The notes beneath the pieces are model-generated. The model was not told where the DNA came from and did not search any database. It saw only the letters and a program-made list of their open reading frames with translations. Below, piece after piece: positions 10,456 through 19,935 of a stretch of 59,637 nt of DNA; the first letter of the stretch is position 1, and each line of letters starts with the position of its first letter. The translations under genes were made by a program, and so were the position numbers. The stretch lies in NCBI GenBank assembly GCA_012862495.1, contig BLSG01000116.1, positions 2,508 to 62,144 on the forward strand. Direction: 5' to 3'. The stretch is from Thraustochytrium aureum. Its lineage: Eukaryota.

Positions 10456-11487
10456 TCAAGCATTTTTTTGCTTTTCGGGCTGCGTCCCAGTTCGCGCTGA
10501 GCATCGAGCGTGGGCCGCAAGCAAGTGAGCGACGATAGCAACCGAACAGTACGCCGACATCGCGGGCAGACGGGCCCGGTCCCACTTGAAGGTGAGCAGC
10601 ACAAGGTGGACAAAGTAGCCAGCCGCAAGCCCAAGCTCGGAGTGCAACCCAAGGTGGCCTCTCGCCGAAGGCAAGTTCGGCCACCGGAGCTGGTAAAGGC
10701 GAAGGGCAAACACGACCATGAGTCCGCCAAACGCCGCCAGCCAGCACACGGCGTCGGAGACAGGCGATTCTCTCACGCACCTCTGGTGCGCCGCGACTGC
10801 AGCCCCAAAAGCCCACGGCGGCCAGTAGTGCCACGGGTCGCTCACCAGGCAACCCACAGCCTTGAGCGTGTGAAAGGGGGTCCACAATAGTGGCAAAGTG
10901 ACCCAGCAAAGCGCCACCAAGCCAACGCTCCACGCGCGCCCCAGCCCGGTGTAGCCCACACGCTTTTCAGACTCCCAGAGGGCCAGGCCAAGCGCTACAC
11001 CGGAGGCAAGCCAGCTGTAAAATATGCCAGCAACACCCGCCCAGCCGGCCCCCGCGTCCATGTTGGCCCAAGCAAACTCCTCGTTGAGCGACCAGAACTC
11101 AAAAGCCGTCGTCCCGCCAATTAGATCATAAGGACAGGTCGCCAGGTTTGTCAGGAGCGCCATCGCGGCAACGGTGAGCACGCGGTCGCCCGATCCACAG
11201 ATCTTCGCTGCGTGCCACGCCGGGCAGATTCCGACCGGATACCAGAGCATTTCTTTCAGTGGTAGATACCCGACAAGCCCTTGAAGCGCAAAGTCATCGC
11301 TGTGCACGTGGGTTTGCGCCAGTTTCACGCCAACCGTCTCCAGGCCCAGCGCGAAGACACACACCGCAGCCCACTGATGCGTTCTGCCCTTCGCCACGGC
11401 CAGCCCAAGCGACGCAGCCCCGAGCACAAGCAGTCCAGTCTCGGCGTCTTGGCGCGCTGCGCTCGCAGCACTCATCTCGGCTATCAC
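10456..11487 (-). CDS. Polytopic membrane protein (about 8-9 TM), possibly CruF/DUF422-like fold
   Basis: Multiple hydrophobic helices. LETVGV...GYLPL..MLWY and PYDLIG...FW...GVAG.F.SW echo the CruF-like pattern; the family assignment is tentative. Confidence 0.65.
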   Translation of the reverse strand: MIAEMSAASAARQDAETGLLVLGAASLGLAVAKGRTHQWAAVCVFALGLETVGVKLAQTHVHSDDFALQGLVGYLPLKEMLWYPVGICPAWHAAKICGSGDRVLTVAAMALLTNLATCPYDLIGGTTAFEFWSLNEEFAWANMDAGAGWAGVAGIFYSWLASGVALGLALWESEKRVGYTGLGRAWSVGLVALCWVTLPLLWTPFHTLKAVGCLVSDPWHYWPPWAFGAAVAAHQRCVRESPVSDAVCWLAAFGGLMVVFALRLYQLRWPNLPSARGHLGLHSELGLAAGYFVHLVLLTFKWDRARLPAMSAYCSVAIVAHLLAAHARCSARTGTQPEKQKNA

Positions 11488-11955
11488 TCCCGAGTAGAGT
11501 TAGAGTACCCTACTCTACCACACCACACGACGGGTTTGANNNNNNNNNNNNNNNNNNNNNNNNNNNNNNNNNNNNNNNNNNNNNNNNNNNNNNNNNNNNN
11601 NNNNNNNNNNNNNNNNNNNNNNNNNNNNNNNNNNNNNNNNNNNNNNNNNNNNNNNNNNNNNNNNNNNNNNNNNNNNNNNNNNNNNNNNNNNNNNNNNNNN
11701 NNNNNNNNNNNNNNNNNNNNNNNNNNNNNNNNNNNNNNNNNNNNNNNNNNNNNNNNNNNGGACCCGGATGTCGCGGCTTTTCTGCCAGAGCCGCAGCGAG
11801 TTGAACGCCGGGCGGCCACGAGCGCGGGCCACGAGCAGGCGGGGCCTCGAGACGCGCGCGCGCAGAGGAGCTGGCCCAGTGCAGGCGAGGCAGAGCGCTT
11901 GCAACGCCTGCCAACTTGACGCGGTCGTTTCGTTGCGGGGCGGGCGAGGGAAACG

Positions 11956-12504
11956 ATGGCGGACAGGTGTGCGAGCGACAGCAGCGGACGCCCCGAGCAC
12001 GACCCGTGGTGGGTCTACTTACTCTACCCTCTGGCAAGGCTGCACTATGCGCTGTGCAGCGCCAAGCCCAACGTGTTTCACAAGATCCTGGACGGTAAGA
12101 TGAAAACCGAGATCCTGTACGAGGACGACATGGTGATGGCCTTTCGGGACATTTTCCCGCTCGGCCGCGTCCACTTGCTGGTGATCCCAAAGGAGCACGT
12201 TCACTCGTGGCCGCACCTCAAGTCGCGCCACAAAGACCTGGTGCGCCACATCAAGCAGGTCGGCGTGGACCTCATGAAGAAGGAGGACCTGGCCGAGGAA
12301 GAATGCCTCTTCGGGTTTATGACGCCGCCCTTCAATAGCGTGATGCAGCTCCACATGCACTGCATCAGCTTGCCGCTCCGAGAAACCAGCGCGTTCGACA
12401 AGATCAGAATCGCTTGCATGCTGTCCACAACGCGTATGGTGACACCCGAGCAGGTCTTGGCGGGCCTCGACAAGCGCAAGAGCCGCTCGAAAAAGTCGCA
12501 GTGA
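11956..12504 (+). CDS. HINT3: HIT-family nucleotide hydrolase, HINT3-like
   Basis: NVFHKI...ILYEDD..MAFRDIFPLGRVHLLVIPKEH, and FGFMTPPFNSVMQLHMHCI (HINT3-type GFHxPPFxSxxHLHLH). Confidence 0.85.
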   Translation: MADRCASDSSGRPEHDPWWVYLLYPLARLHYALCSAKPNVFHKILDGKMKTEILYEDDMVMAFRDIFPLGRVHLLVIPKEHVHSWPHLKSRHKDLVRHIKQVGVDLMKKEDLAEEECLFGFMTPPFNSVMQLHMHCISLPLRETSAFDKIRIACMLSTTRMVTPEQVLAGLDKRKSRSKKSQ

Positions 12505-12726
12505 TGATCCGAAGCACGGCGAGAGATTGGGCTTCGTAAAACCAGCCTCACGAGCCTGACCCATCATACATAGCTAGCTGCTTGGCGCCATTTCGCTCTT
12601 CCCTTCCCCAGGAGCTCTCCAAGGACAGCGAGCATACACCGAGCACAGCACACTACTCTACAGGCAAGACCAGCGCGGCCCGCGCGCGACACCTATATTG
12701 AATTTTATTATTCGCTGCCAGAGTCA

Positions 12727-15700
12727 TCATTTGTGGTGAGGCGAGCCGCGCAAAAGCGCATAGGCGACCGCAGCCCCCGTACATGCCGCCAGGCCCAGAC
12801 GCACAACCTCAGAGTCAAAGATCGAGGGCGGCTCGCCCGAGTCCGAGCCGGCCCCATGCGTCACGGCCTGGAGAGCTTGTCTCTCAGTTGAGGCAACGGG
12901 TTCATGGGGAACAGACACCAACTCGATTTGCGAACTCCTGTCGCCGAGGAGCTGGCGGTGGAACGCTTCTTCCACCGGGTCGATCGAGCTCGCGTGCGCA
13001 AGCAACGTTTGGCCCCGGGGCGGTTCAGCCGGAGCGGAGAGGCCGTCAGAGTTGTCTTCAGCAAACCCGACGCCATGGCCGCCAGGGATCGGGTGGTTGT
13101 GCAAATACTCGTGGTCCTCGTCGTCGTCGTAATCCTCCTCGTCATCGGCCTCCTCGCCGACACGCGGTGGGAATCGAGGCGTGTCAACCTCGACGTTGTC
13201 GTCATCGTCCCAAGAGGTGGGCGGGATCGCCCGCGGGTCCCCCGGCGGCCCCATGTCCATGTCGGCGAACATGTCGCTTGACCCGTCAGCGGTTGGCGGC
13301 ATTGCCATGGGCGGGCCCGCAATCGCCGTACTCGGACCAAAGAGCTCGGCCAGCTCGGTTGGTGAGGCCACGTACGAAGCGCTGTGCTTCATGGACCCGT
13401 TCGGGCCCTTCTCAAAACCAACGGAGCTGGTCAACGCGGTTCCCGCGGTTGGACTTGCTGTTGCGGACGAGGGGCCCTCAGCCTGGGAAAGCGCGACGTA
13501 GGACTGCTTGGTCTTAAAGTTGCCGAGCAAGTTGGTGCTCTCCTGGGTGCGAAAGTCGCCTGCGCTAAAGTTGCGGCGCACCTTGTTGCCAGACGCTACC
13601 TTGACGAGCTCGCCGAGCGTCTCGACGACGTCCTCCGCGTCCTCCACAAAAAATCGCGCCTTCGAGTGGGGCGAGGCGCCCACACGAATTGAAAACACGC
13701 TCGGGGCGCTGCTTCCCATACTGCGCTCGCCCTTGTACTTGTTGGTCGTGTGAAACGAGCTTTCGTCCTCGTTGTCGTCACCGAAGCAGGCCACAAAGTC
13801 GACGGGAGGGTTGCTGGCATCGCGGTTGTTGAGGTACCCCAGGAGCTCGCGGACGGCCGTGCCACGGTTGACGCCGCGGAGGCGGACTGTCACAAAGCCC
13901 TTGCCTTGCTCGACAGTGAGCGGCATGAGCGCGAGCTCCTGCTCGAGCTCGAGCACCAGGTTGGAAGACTGAAGCGAGCCCAGCTCGGGGTCTGACAAGA
14001 TGTAGTTGAACGAGACCGCCGATGGGCTCTGCCACACAAACGAACCGTTCGTGCGGCTCGAGTAGTTTTGCATGACGCGCATGGTAAGCTCCTGCCACGA
14101 GGCCATGTCGCCGTGCGCCTCGGGGTTTTCCTCTGGGACGGAGGCCCCCTCGGACGACTCGCCGACAGACTCTTGCTCCGAGGCGTCAGCCACGCCTGGG
14201 CCAGGATCGGCGCCGTAAAACCCCTCCGACGAATTGCCACCATACCAATCGCCACCGCCCTCGTGCTCCGTGTCCACAGCCGGGATCCAGGGCTTGTCCG
14301 GGGCAGTCCGGAACACGAAACCGTTCTCCGCGATGAGCGCGAGGTTGGGGATTCCCATGAGCGCGTGGTCCAGCTCGGCGCGGAGGTCGCTACTGATGAT
14401 AACCACGGTGTTGCGCGGATCGCGGCTCAGGTCGATCAACGCAGAGCGCGCAGTGTCGCTGATGGGGTCGCGAGTTTCGAGACAGCCGCCAGGGCGGCGA
14501 GACCCGCCCTTTTCGTAATGCCAGGAGCGCGCCGTGCCCCCGCGCTTCATGTACATGTTGATATTGCTCGTCTCGACCAGGGTGCCGCTGTAGTCGATGA
14601 GGATAAGGCGGCGGCGCGCCTTTTTGTAGGCTTCCCCAAACTCGAGCACGTCGAGCTCGGCCTGCTTGCGCACCTGCCGCCCGAAAGAGGCCACCACGCG
14701 CGTGCCGAAGCCGCCACCATACTTGGTGAGCGGCTCGGACACGTCGTTATGGGCGTCGCGCACGTCGCGCAAGATCCGGTTTGCCCAGTCCAGAACAGGG
14801 TTGCGCTCAATAAACTCGAGGTCGCGCGCGCAGCGGGCCGTGCGCTCCGCAACAGACATGCTGAGCGCCTCCTCAATCGTGGCCGCGAGCGCGCTCGTCT
14901 TGAACGGGTTGATGCGCAGCGAGCCGTGCAGCACGCGCGAGCAGGCGGAGAACTCGCTCATGATGATGCAGCCGGCCGGGTTGCGGCGCGCCAAGAGGTA
15001 CTCGAACGGAAGCATGTCTACGCCAACGCGCACGGCGGTGCTGAGGTACACGTCTGCGTTCTGGAAGAGGGCGAGGCGCTCCGAGAGGCCAATGTGCGTC
15101 CGCTCCTCGTACTCGACAACGGGGCCCCAGCGCTCGCAGACGATCTTGACAAACCCGACAACCTCGTCGTGGCAGCGCTTGTAATCTTCGGGTCGCGAGT
15201 CAAGCTTGAGTCCGATCTGCTTGAGGACCACGCGGTTGCGCAGGTAGGCGTAGTCCCTGAAAAGCCTGTCCAGAGCAAGCAGTTTGAGGCCTAGGCCGCG
15301 AAGCCCTTCAACCTCGTCGATGGCAACAATGAGCTGCCGGCGGCCCAGGCTGAGCGCAGCGGAGCGGTGGTCCGTCAGCAACGCACTCGAGCTCGCCGCG
15401 CTTCCGCCTGCGGCGTCCGCGATTTGCTGGTCGCCGAGGAAGAGCGTTCGCATGATGCTCTGCGCCAACTTTTGCACCTCTGGCGTGCCCAGGCGGTCGT
15501 GGATCAGCGTGGTGTTGAGCCCGACGTGCGAGCACGTGATTGCCACCTCGCGACCCTGGTTGTTGATAGAAATTACGCCTCCGCGCCGCGCCTCGTACGT
15601 GAGGCCGAGCATGCGAGTGCAGCACGTGAGAAAGTGCCGCGCGTACTCGTAGAGGTCAAATCCGACGTGGTCCGCGCAGAGCATCGCCCGTAGAACCTCC

Positions 15701-16491
15701 TCGCGCGACGCGAGGGTGCGGAAGATCTCGGACGACGGAAAAGGGACGTGCAGGAAGAGCGCGATGCGCGCGTTGGTGAGCTTGCGCAGCAAGTAGCTCG
15801 GCAGGAGCAGAAGGTGATAGTCGTGGGCCCAGATTGTGTCGCCCGCCGAGTAGATCTCCACGACTTTGCGAGAAAATAGCCCGTTTACTGCGCAATAGTC
15901 TGGCCAGCACGTCTCGGCCTCTGCCGGGCTCCACGAACGCGCAGGCTGCCAGTTTTCCTCCGTGCCGCTTGCAGCAGCGGGCTCCGCTTGGTCATCGTCG
16001 TCGCCGTCGTCGCTGTCAACGCTCGCGGCAGCAGGCCTGTTTCCGCCTGCGCGGCTGCCATGGGCTTTGTTGCTTCCGCGCAGCATCACCGAGTCGGGCT
16101 CGATGTGCGAGTAGAGATCGATCACGTTGTGGAACGTCGGCCACAGAATGCCTTTGCAGTATCCTTGAAAGTGGTTGTGTGCGCGTTGAGCGTCGCACCA
16201 CACGGGATAGCAGTTGAGCTCGGCAAGGAGGAGCTCCACCTCCTCCCGCTCACCGTCGGGGATGTAGGCCTGAGGAACGCCAACGTGCATCACCTCCTGC
16301 TCGAGCCCTCGGAGGCTCACGTACAGTGGGCCGTCTTCGAACAGGCTCTCGTTGTCCAGTTCGGCCGTCCATTTCTTGGTCGTGGGGTCACGCTTGAGCG
16401 TCACGGGCAGCACGTTGCTGCACACGATCACGCGCTCGGCAGCTGCTCCGCCCTCTTCACGAGTGGCCTCCAGCCCTGAAACAAACGGCAT
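12727..16491 (-). CDS. TPS: Trehalose-6-phosphate synthase/phosphatase fusion (GT20 + HAD), catalytically degenerate-looking, with a C-terminal hydrophobic tail
   Basis: GYCKGILWPTFH, IWAHDYHLLLLP, FLHVPFPSSEIFR, SEFSAC...INP, LIDYSGTL, AENG, GKG.V.V, CFGDDNEDE. Start at MPFVSG (16491). Confidence 0.95.
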   Translation of the reverse strand: MPFVSGLEATREEGGAAAERVIVCSNVLPVTLKRDPTTKKWTAELDNESLFEDGPLYVSLRGLEQEVMHVGVPQAYIPDGEREEVELLLAELNCYPVWCDAQRAHNHFQGYCKGILWPTFHNVIDLYSHIEPDSVMLRGSNKAHGSRAGGNRPAAASVDSDDGDDDDQAEPAAASGTEENWQPARSWSPAEAETCWPDYCAVNGLFSRKVVEIYSAGDTIWAHDYHLLLLPSYLLRKLTNARIALFLHVPFPSSEIFRTLASREEVLRAMLCADHVGFDLYEYARHFLTCCTRMLGLTYEARRGGVISINNQGREVAITCSHVGLNTTLIHDRLGTPEVQKLAQSIMRTLFLGDQQIADAAGGSAASSSALLTDHRSAALSLGRRQLIVAIDEVEGLRGLGLKLLALDRLFRDYAYLRNRVVLKQIGLKLDSRPEDYKRCHDEVVGFVKIVCERWGPVVEYEERTHIGLSERLALFQNADVYLSTAVRVGVDMLPFEYLLARRNPAGCIIMSEFSACSRVLHGSLRINPFKTSALAATIEEALSMSVAERTARCARDLEFIERNPVLDWANRILRDVRDAHNDVSEPLTKYGGGFGTRVVASFGRQVRKQAELDVLEFGEAYKKARRRLILIDYSGTLVETSNINMYMKRGGTARSWHYEKGGSRRPGGCLETRDPISDTARSALIDLSRDPRNTVVIISSDLRAELDHALMGIPNLALIAENGFVFRTAPDKPWIPAVDTEHEGGGDWYGGNSSEGFYGADPGPGVADASEQESVGESSEGASVPEENPEAHGDMASWQELTMRVMQNYSSRTNGSFVWQSPSAVSFNYILSDPELGSLQSSNLVLELEQELALMPLTVEQGKGFVTVRLRGVNRGTAVRELLGYLNNRDASNPPVDFVACFGDDNEDESSFHTTNKYKGERSMGSSAPSVFSIRVGASPHSKARFFVEDAEDVVETLGELVKVASGNKVRRNFSAGDFRTQESTNLLGNFKTKQSYVALSQAEGPSSATASPTAGTALTSSVGFEKGPNGSMKHSASYVASPTELAELFGPSTAIAGPPMAMPPTADGSSDMFADMDMGPPGDPRAIPPTSWDDDDNVEVDTPRFPPRVGEEADDEEDYDDDEDHEYLHNHPIPGGHGVGFAEDNSDGLSAPAEPPRGQTLLAHASSIDPVEEAFHRQLLGDRSSQIELVSVPHEPVASTERQALQAVTHGAGSDSGEPPSIFDSEVVRLGLAACTGAAVAYALLRGSPHHK

Positions 16492-16974
16492 TTTCAGCCC
16501 GCCTCCGCTGTCGGCAGGCCTTCGCACGACCTATCGATGCCTCTTTACCCGCGAGCTTTGGGCGCTTCGCGCCGCTCCTCGAGCCCGCAAGCCCGAACGC
16601 CCGACCGGCCGACCGCCAGCCAGCAAGCTCTGGCTAGCGCTCGAGGTGGCTCGCGAGCGAGACGGCTCGCGAGCGACTGCGCGCCGTGCGCCGCCCTGCG
16701 GGCGGACGGGAGGGAGCCTCCTACGATTGCTGGTCTGTGGGAAGCTTCCACCTGATGATCGCCCGTGCCAATCCAACCGCGTTCTTTACACCAGCCATCA
16801 AAACGCTCGCTCCGCACTCGACGCACCTGCTGCCCGCCGCCTCTCCTGCGCGCTCGCTCCGCTTCCTGCTCTGCCGCAGCTGCGCGCCGCTGTCCGTCTG
16901 TCTGTCCGTCTGTCTGTCTGCCCCTCTCTTCGCTGTAGGTACTTCTAAAGAGTAGTGCGCCTTCCCGCTCACGC

Positions 16975-17003
16975 CAGAATTCAGAATTCAGGATTCAGAA
17001 TTC
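16975..17003. repeat. 4x7-bp tandem CAGAATT in the TPS/Myb divergent intergenic region; candidate cis-element
   Basis: CAGAATT CAGAATT CAGGATT CAGAATT C read directly. Confidence 0.8.
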
Positions 17004-18019
17004 GGACGCGCTCACAACCGCCCGCTCTCACAAGCGCTGGCGCTTGCGACTCAATTCGCGAGAGCGCGCGCTGCCCCCCGCGCTGCCCCCTCTCAATATC
17101 CTTCGTGCCTTTGGCCTTCCTTGAAGAGGAAGATGCAGGAACTGCGTGACTCAGGTCAAGAGCGAACGCGGGAGGAAGGGACTCTACGGTAGGGTACTCT
17201 CTAGTAGGGTACCTACCCACTGTGAAGCGGATGACTTGTTCCTCACGTTCTGCTCCGTTTCTGTTCTGTCTGTTCTGGTCTGCTTGCTTGTGCTGGGTGG
17301 CGGCTGCGCTGGTGAGTGAGGGGCCCGTCGATCGATCTTTTCTTCGTCTCCTCGCACACCCTATGGATCGGACACACGCGTGATGGGTTCTTTCCTTCGT
17401 TTGTTCGTTTGTTCATGCGTTTGTTCTTGGCGTTCGCTTCGAGGTTTGGACGAAAGGTTCGTCTGCGCGCTCGTTTTTTTTCCGCTCTCCGTTGGTACTC
17501 GTATGTGCGAGAGTATCTTCACCGCCGCTGGCCCCTCACAAAACAGAATCTACTTGCTGGCGCAGAGCGGGACAAAAAACCGAAAAACGTTCCCTGTCTC
17601 TAGGTACTCTCTCTACTGAGTATACTTCGGGCCAGATCGACCTCCAAGTTGACGCTGAACTGACTCGGAGAGGAAAACTCCCCGCTGCTCCTCTGCCGCG
17701 CGAGCGACGACCAGCCCACACACTCACACTCTGCCCCCTCCCTCCCTCCCTCCCTCCCTCCCTCTCTCCCTCCCTCCTTCCCAATCCCTCCCGCCTTCCC
17801 TGCCGAGCGCCTGCCTCTCTCCTCGCACTGCGCTCCCCTTGCAGCGCACCAGCCTGAGAGGGCCCTGCCTGTTCGTGCTTCGTGCCTTTTATTTTTCGAA
17901 AGTGAGAAAAATCTTTGTAAGAGAGAGCGGTGAAGGCGATGAACGCAGAGCAGCGCGGCAGGCCTGCTTGGCTCGAGCAGCAAGCAAGCAATCGGCGATC
18001 GATCGATCCATCGGTCGGT

Positions 18020-18023
<4 letters not shown>

Positions 18024-18050
<27 letters not shown>
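18024..18050. repeat. (CAG)9 microsatellite
   Basis: Read directly. Confidence 0.9.
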
Positions 18051-18520
18051 GCGCTCAGGCAGCAGGCGCGCAGCCGCAAAAGCCGCAAAAGCCGCGGCAG
18101 CAGCAGAAGGCGGAGGAGGCGCCCGCCGACGCGCTCAGGCTCGCCCCCAGCGGCCGCGTGCGGGCTTTTGCTTGGACGGCACGGAGGGCCTGTTCGGTGC
18201 TTCCAAGCGNNNNNNNNNNNNNNNNNNNNNNNNNNNNNNNNNNNNNNNNNNNNNNNNNNNNNNNNNNNNNNNNNNNNNNNNNNNNNNNNNNNNNNNNNNN
18301 NNNNNNNNNNNNNNNNNNNNNNNNNNNNNNNNNNNNNNNNNNNNNNNNNNNNNNNNNNNNNNNNNNNNNNNNNNNNNNNNNNNNNNNNNNNNNNNNNNNN
18401 NNNNNNNNNNNNNNNNNNNNNNNNNNNNNNNNNNNNNNNNNNNNNNNNNNNNNNNNNNNNNNNNNNNNNNNNNNNNNNNNNNNNNNNNNNNNNNNNNNNN
18501 NNNNNNNNNNNNNNNNNNNN

Positions 18521-19251
18521 GCAGAAAGCAGCGACGGAGACAAGGATGTCAGGATCAACCAGGGCCGCTGGACGCGCGAAGAGCACGCCATGTTCCTGAA
18601 GGGACTCAAATTGCATGGCAAAGAGTGGAAGCGCATTGCAGACATGATCAAAACGCGCACCGTTGTACAAATCAGAACCCACGCGCAAAAGTACTTCAAA
18701 AGGTCGCAAAATCAACCGGAGGGCCCGTCATGTCCACCTCCAAGAAAGGCGACGTCGTCCGGCCACCCAACCGCAAACAACGCAAGACCGGGGCCGCCGG
18801 CGACGCCGACTCGGGCGAGGAGGAAGAGAAATCGGGCGGCACCATGGCTGATTCCGGCGCCGACGAGCCCCCCCCCGCAATCGCCTCGCCGTCCAGCGCC
18901 CCGCGCAAACCGCACTCGATCCGCGTCCCTTCGTTCGCCAAGCCCGCTGGGGCCAAGGGCCCCGGCTCGCTGCGCATCGACTCGCGCAGGGGCGACGAGG
19001 GCGGCGGTGTCACGCCCCGNACCGTAGCCGCCGCCACCATCCTGCTGCGTCCGCGGATCCAGCACAAGNTGCAGACCGGCAACGACACGCCCAAAACGCG
19101 GGAACAGGCCTCGTGGCTGGATTCGCAGCAGGAGCACGCGTCCCAGATTCTCGGCAAGCGCCGTCGCTCAACGCCTTCAAACTCGGCCAGCCAGAGCAGC
19201 GGCTTTGACGGGCCGGTGCTCAGCTGGGAAACGGCGGCAACGGACAACTGA
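18521..19251 (+). CDS. Single-repeat Myb transcription factor, SHAQKYF class (5' part lost in or upstream of the N gap; frameshift at about 18696)
   Basis: NQGRWTREEHAMFLKGLKLHGKEWKRIADMIKTRTVVQIRTHAQKYF. Restoring one C (TTC-CAA-AAG) continues as QKVAKSTGG... to the stop at 19251. Confidence 0.9.
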
Positions 19252-19935
19252 GCCTGAACCCTCGATCACTGCCTCTCGTTCTCTGCGCAGGGGGCGCGCG
19301 GGGAATCTGCGCTGGGCTGCGCTGGGCCGCCGCGCCTGCTGCCGCTAACTGTAAGCTGCTCCGTTCCGGCTCGGACGGGCCACTCCAGCGCGCGCCGCGC
19401 TGTGCGAGCCTTGCAGGCAGGCTGCTGCTGCTCCCGCTTCGCTGGCTCGAAACGCAGGCCGCCACCGCACCCGAACCCCAGTCGAAGCTCTAGATGCCGT
19501 CCCTCAACGCCCCCGGCGTGGATGTGATGGCTTGTCGCCCCGGACCTGCCGTGCCAGTGCTCTTGCTGTCGCTTCCAGGGCGGCTACTGTACCAACTCTC
19601 CTCATTTCCAACCCGAAGCAAGTGCGCCTGCTCACGCGGGGCGGTCCAGACCAACCCCGACAACGGCCGGCGCACTTGAAGGCTTTGGGCTCCCTCTTCT
19701 CCTCCGCCCGAGTTTTTTTTTCAAATCTCTCAAAGCTCGGGGGGGGTTCGAGAGAGGCCCAGCGGCTGCTGCGCACGCAGGCAACACGACGCCGGCGGCG
19801 CAGAACAGCCCTGCTTGCACAAACGAACGAATACAACCACAGAAGAAGCAAGACCATCCAGTACTTTGTCTCGTCTCGAGAGTTACTCTACCGTGCACAA
19901 CTTCGGTTCGCCAGCGCGGCGAGCCCTGTTCTTCC

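Noticed and set aside
14068..15294. Long antisense or alternate-frame ORFs (e.g. 14068..15294, 35790..36989, 39117..40334, 45446..46729, 55416..56579)
   Set aside because: These are shadow ORFs expected from GC-rich codon usage opposite well-supported genes.
16975..17003. Heat-shock element upstream of TPS
   Set aside because: The spacing is GAATTC/TTCAGAA, not the nGAAnnTTCnnGAAn pentamer register.
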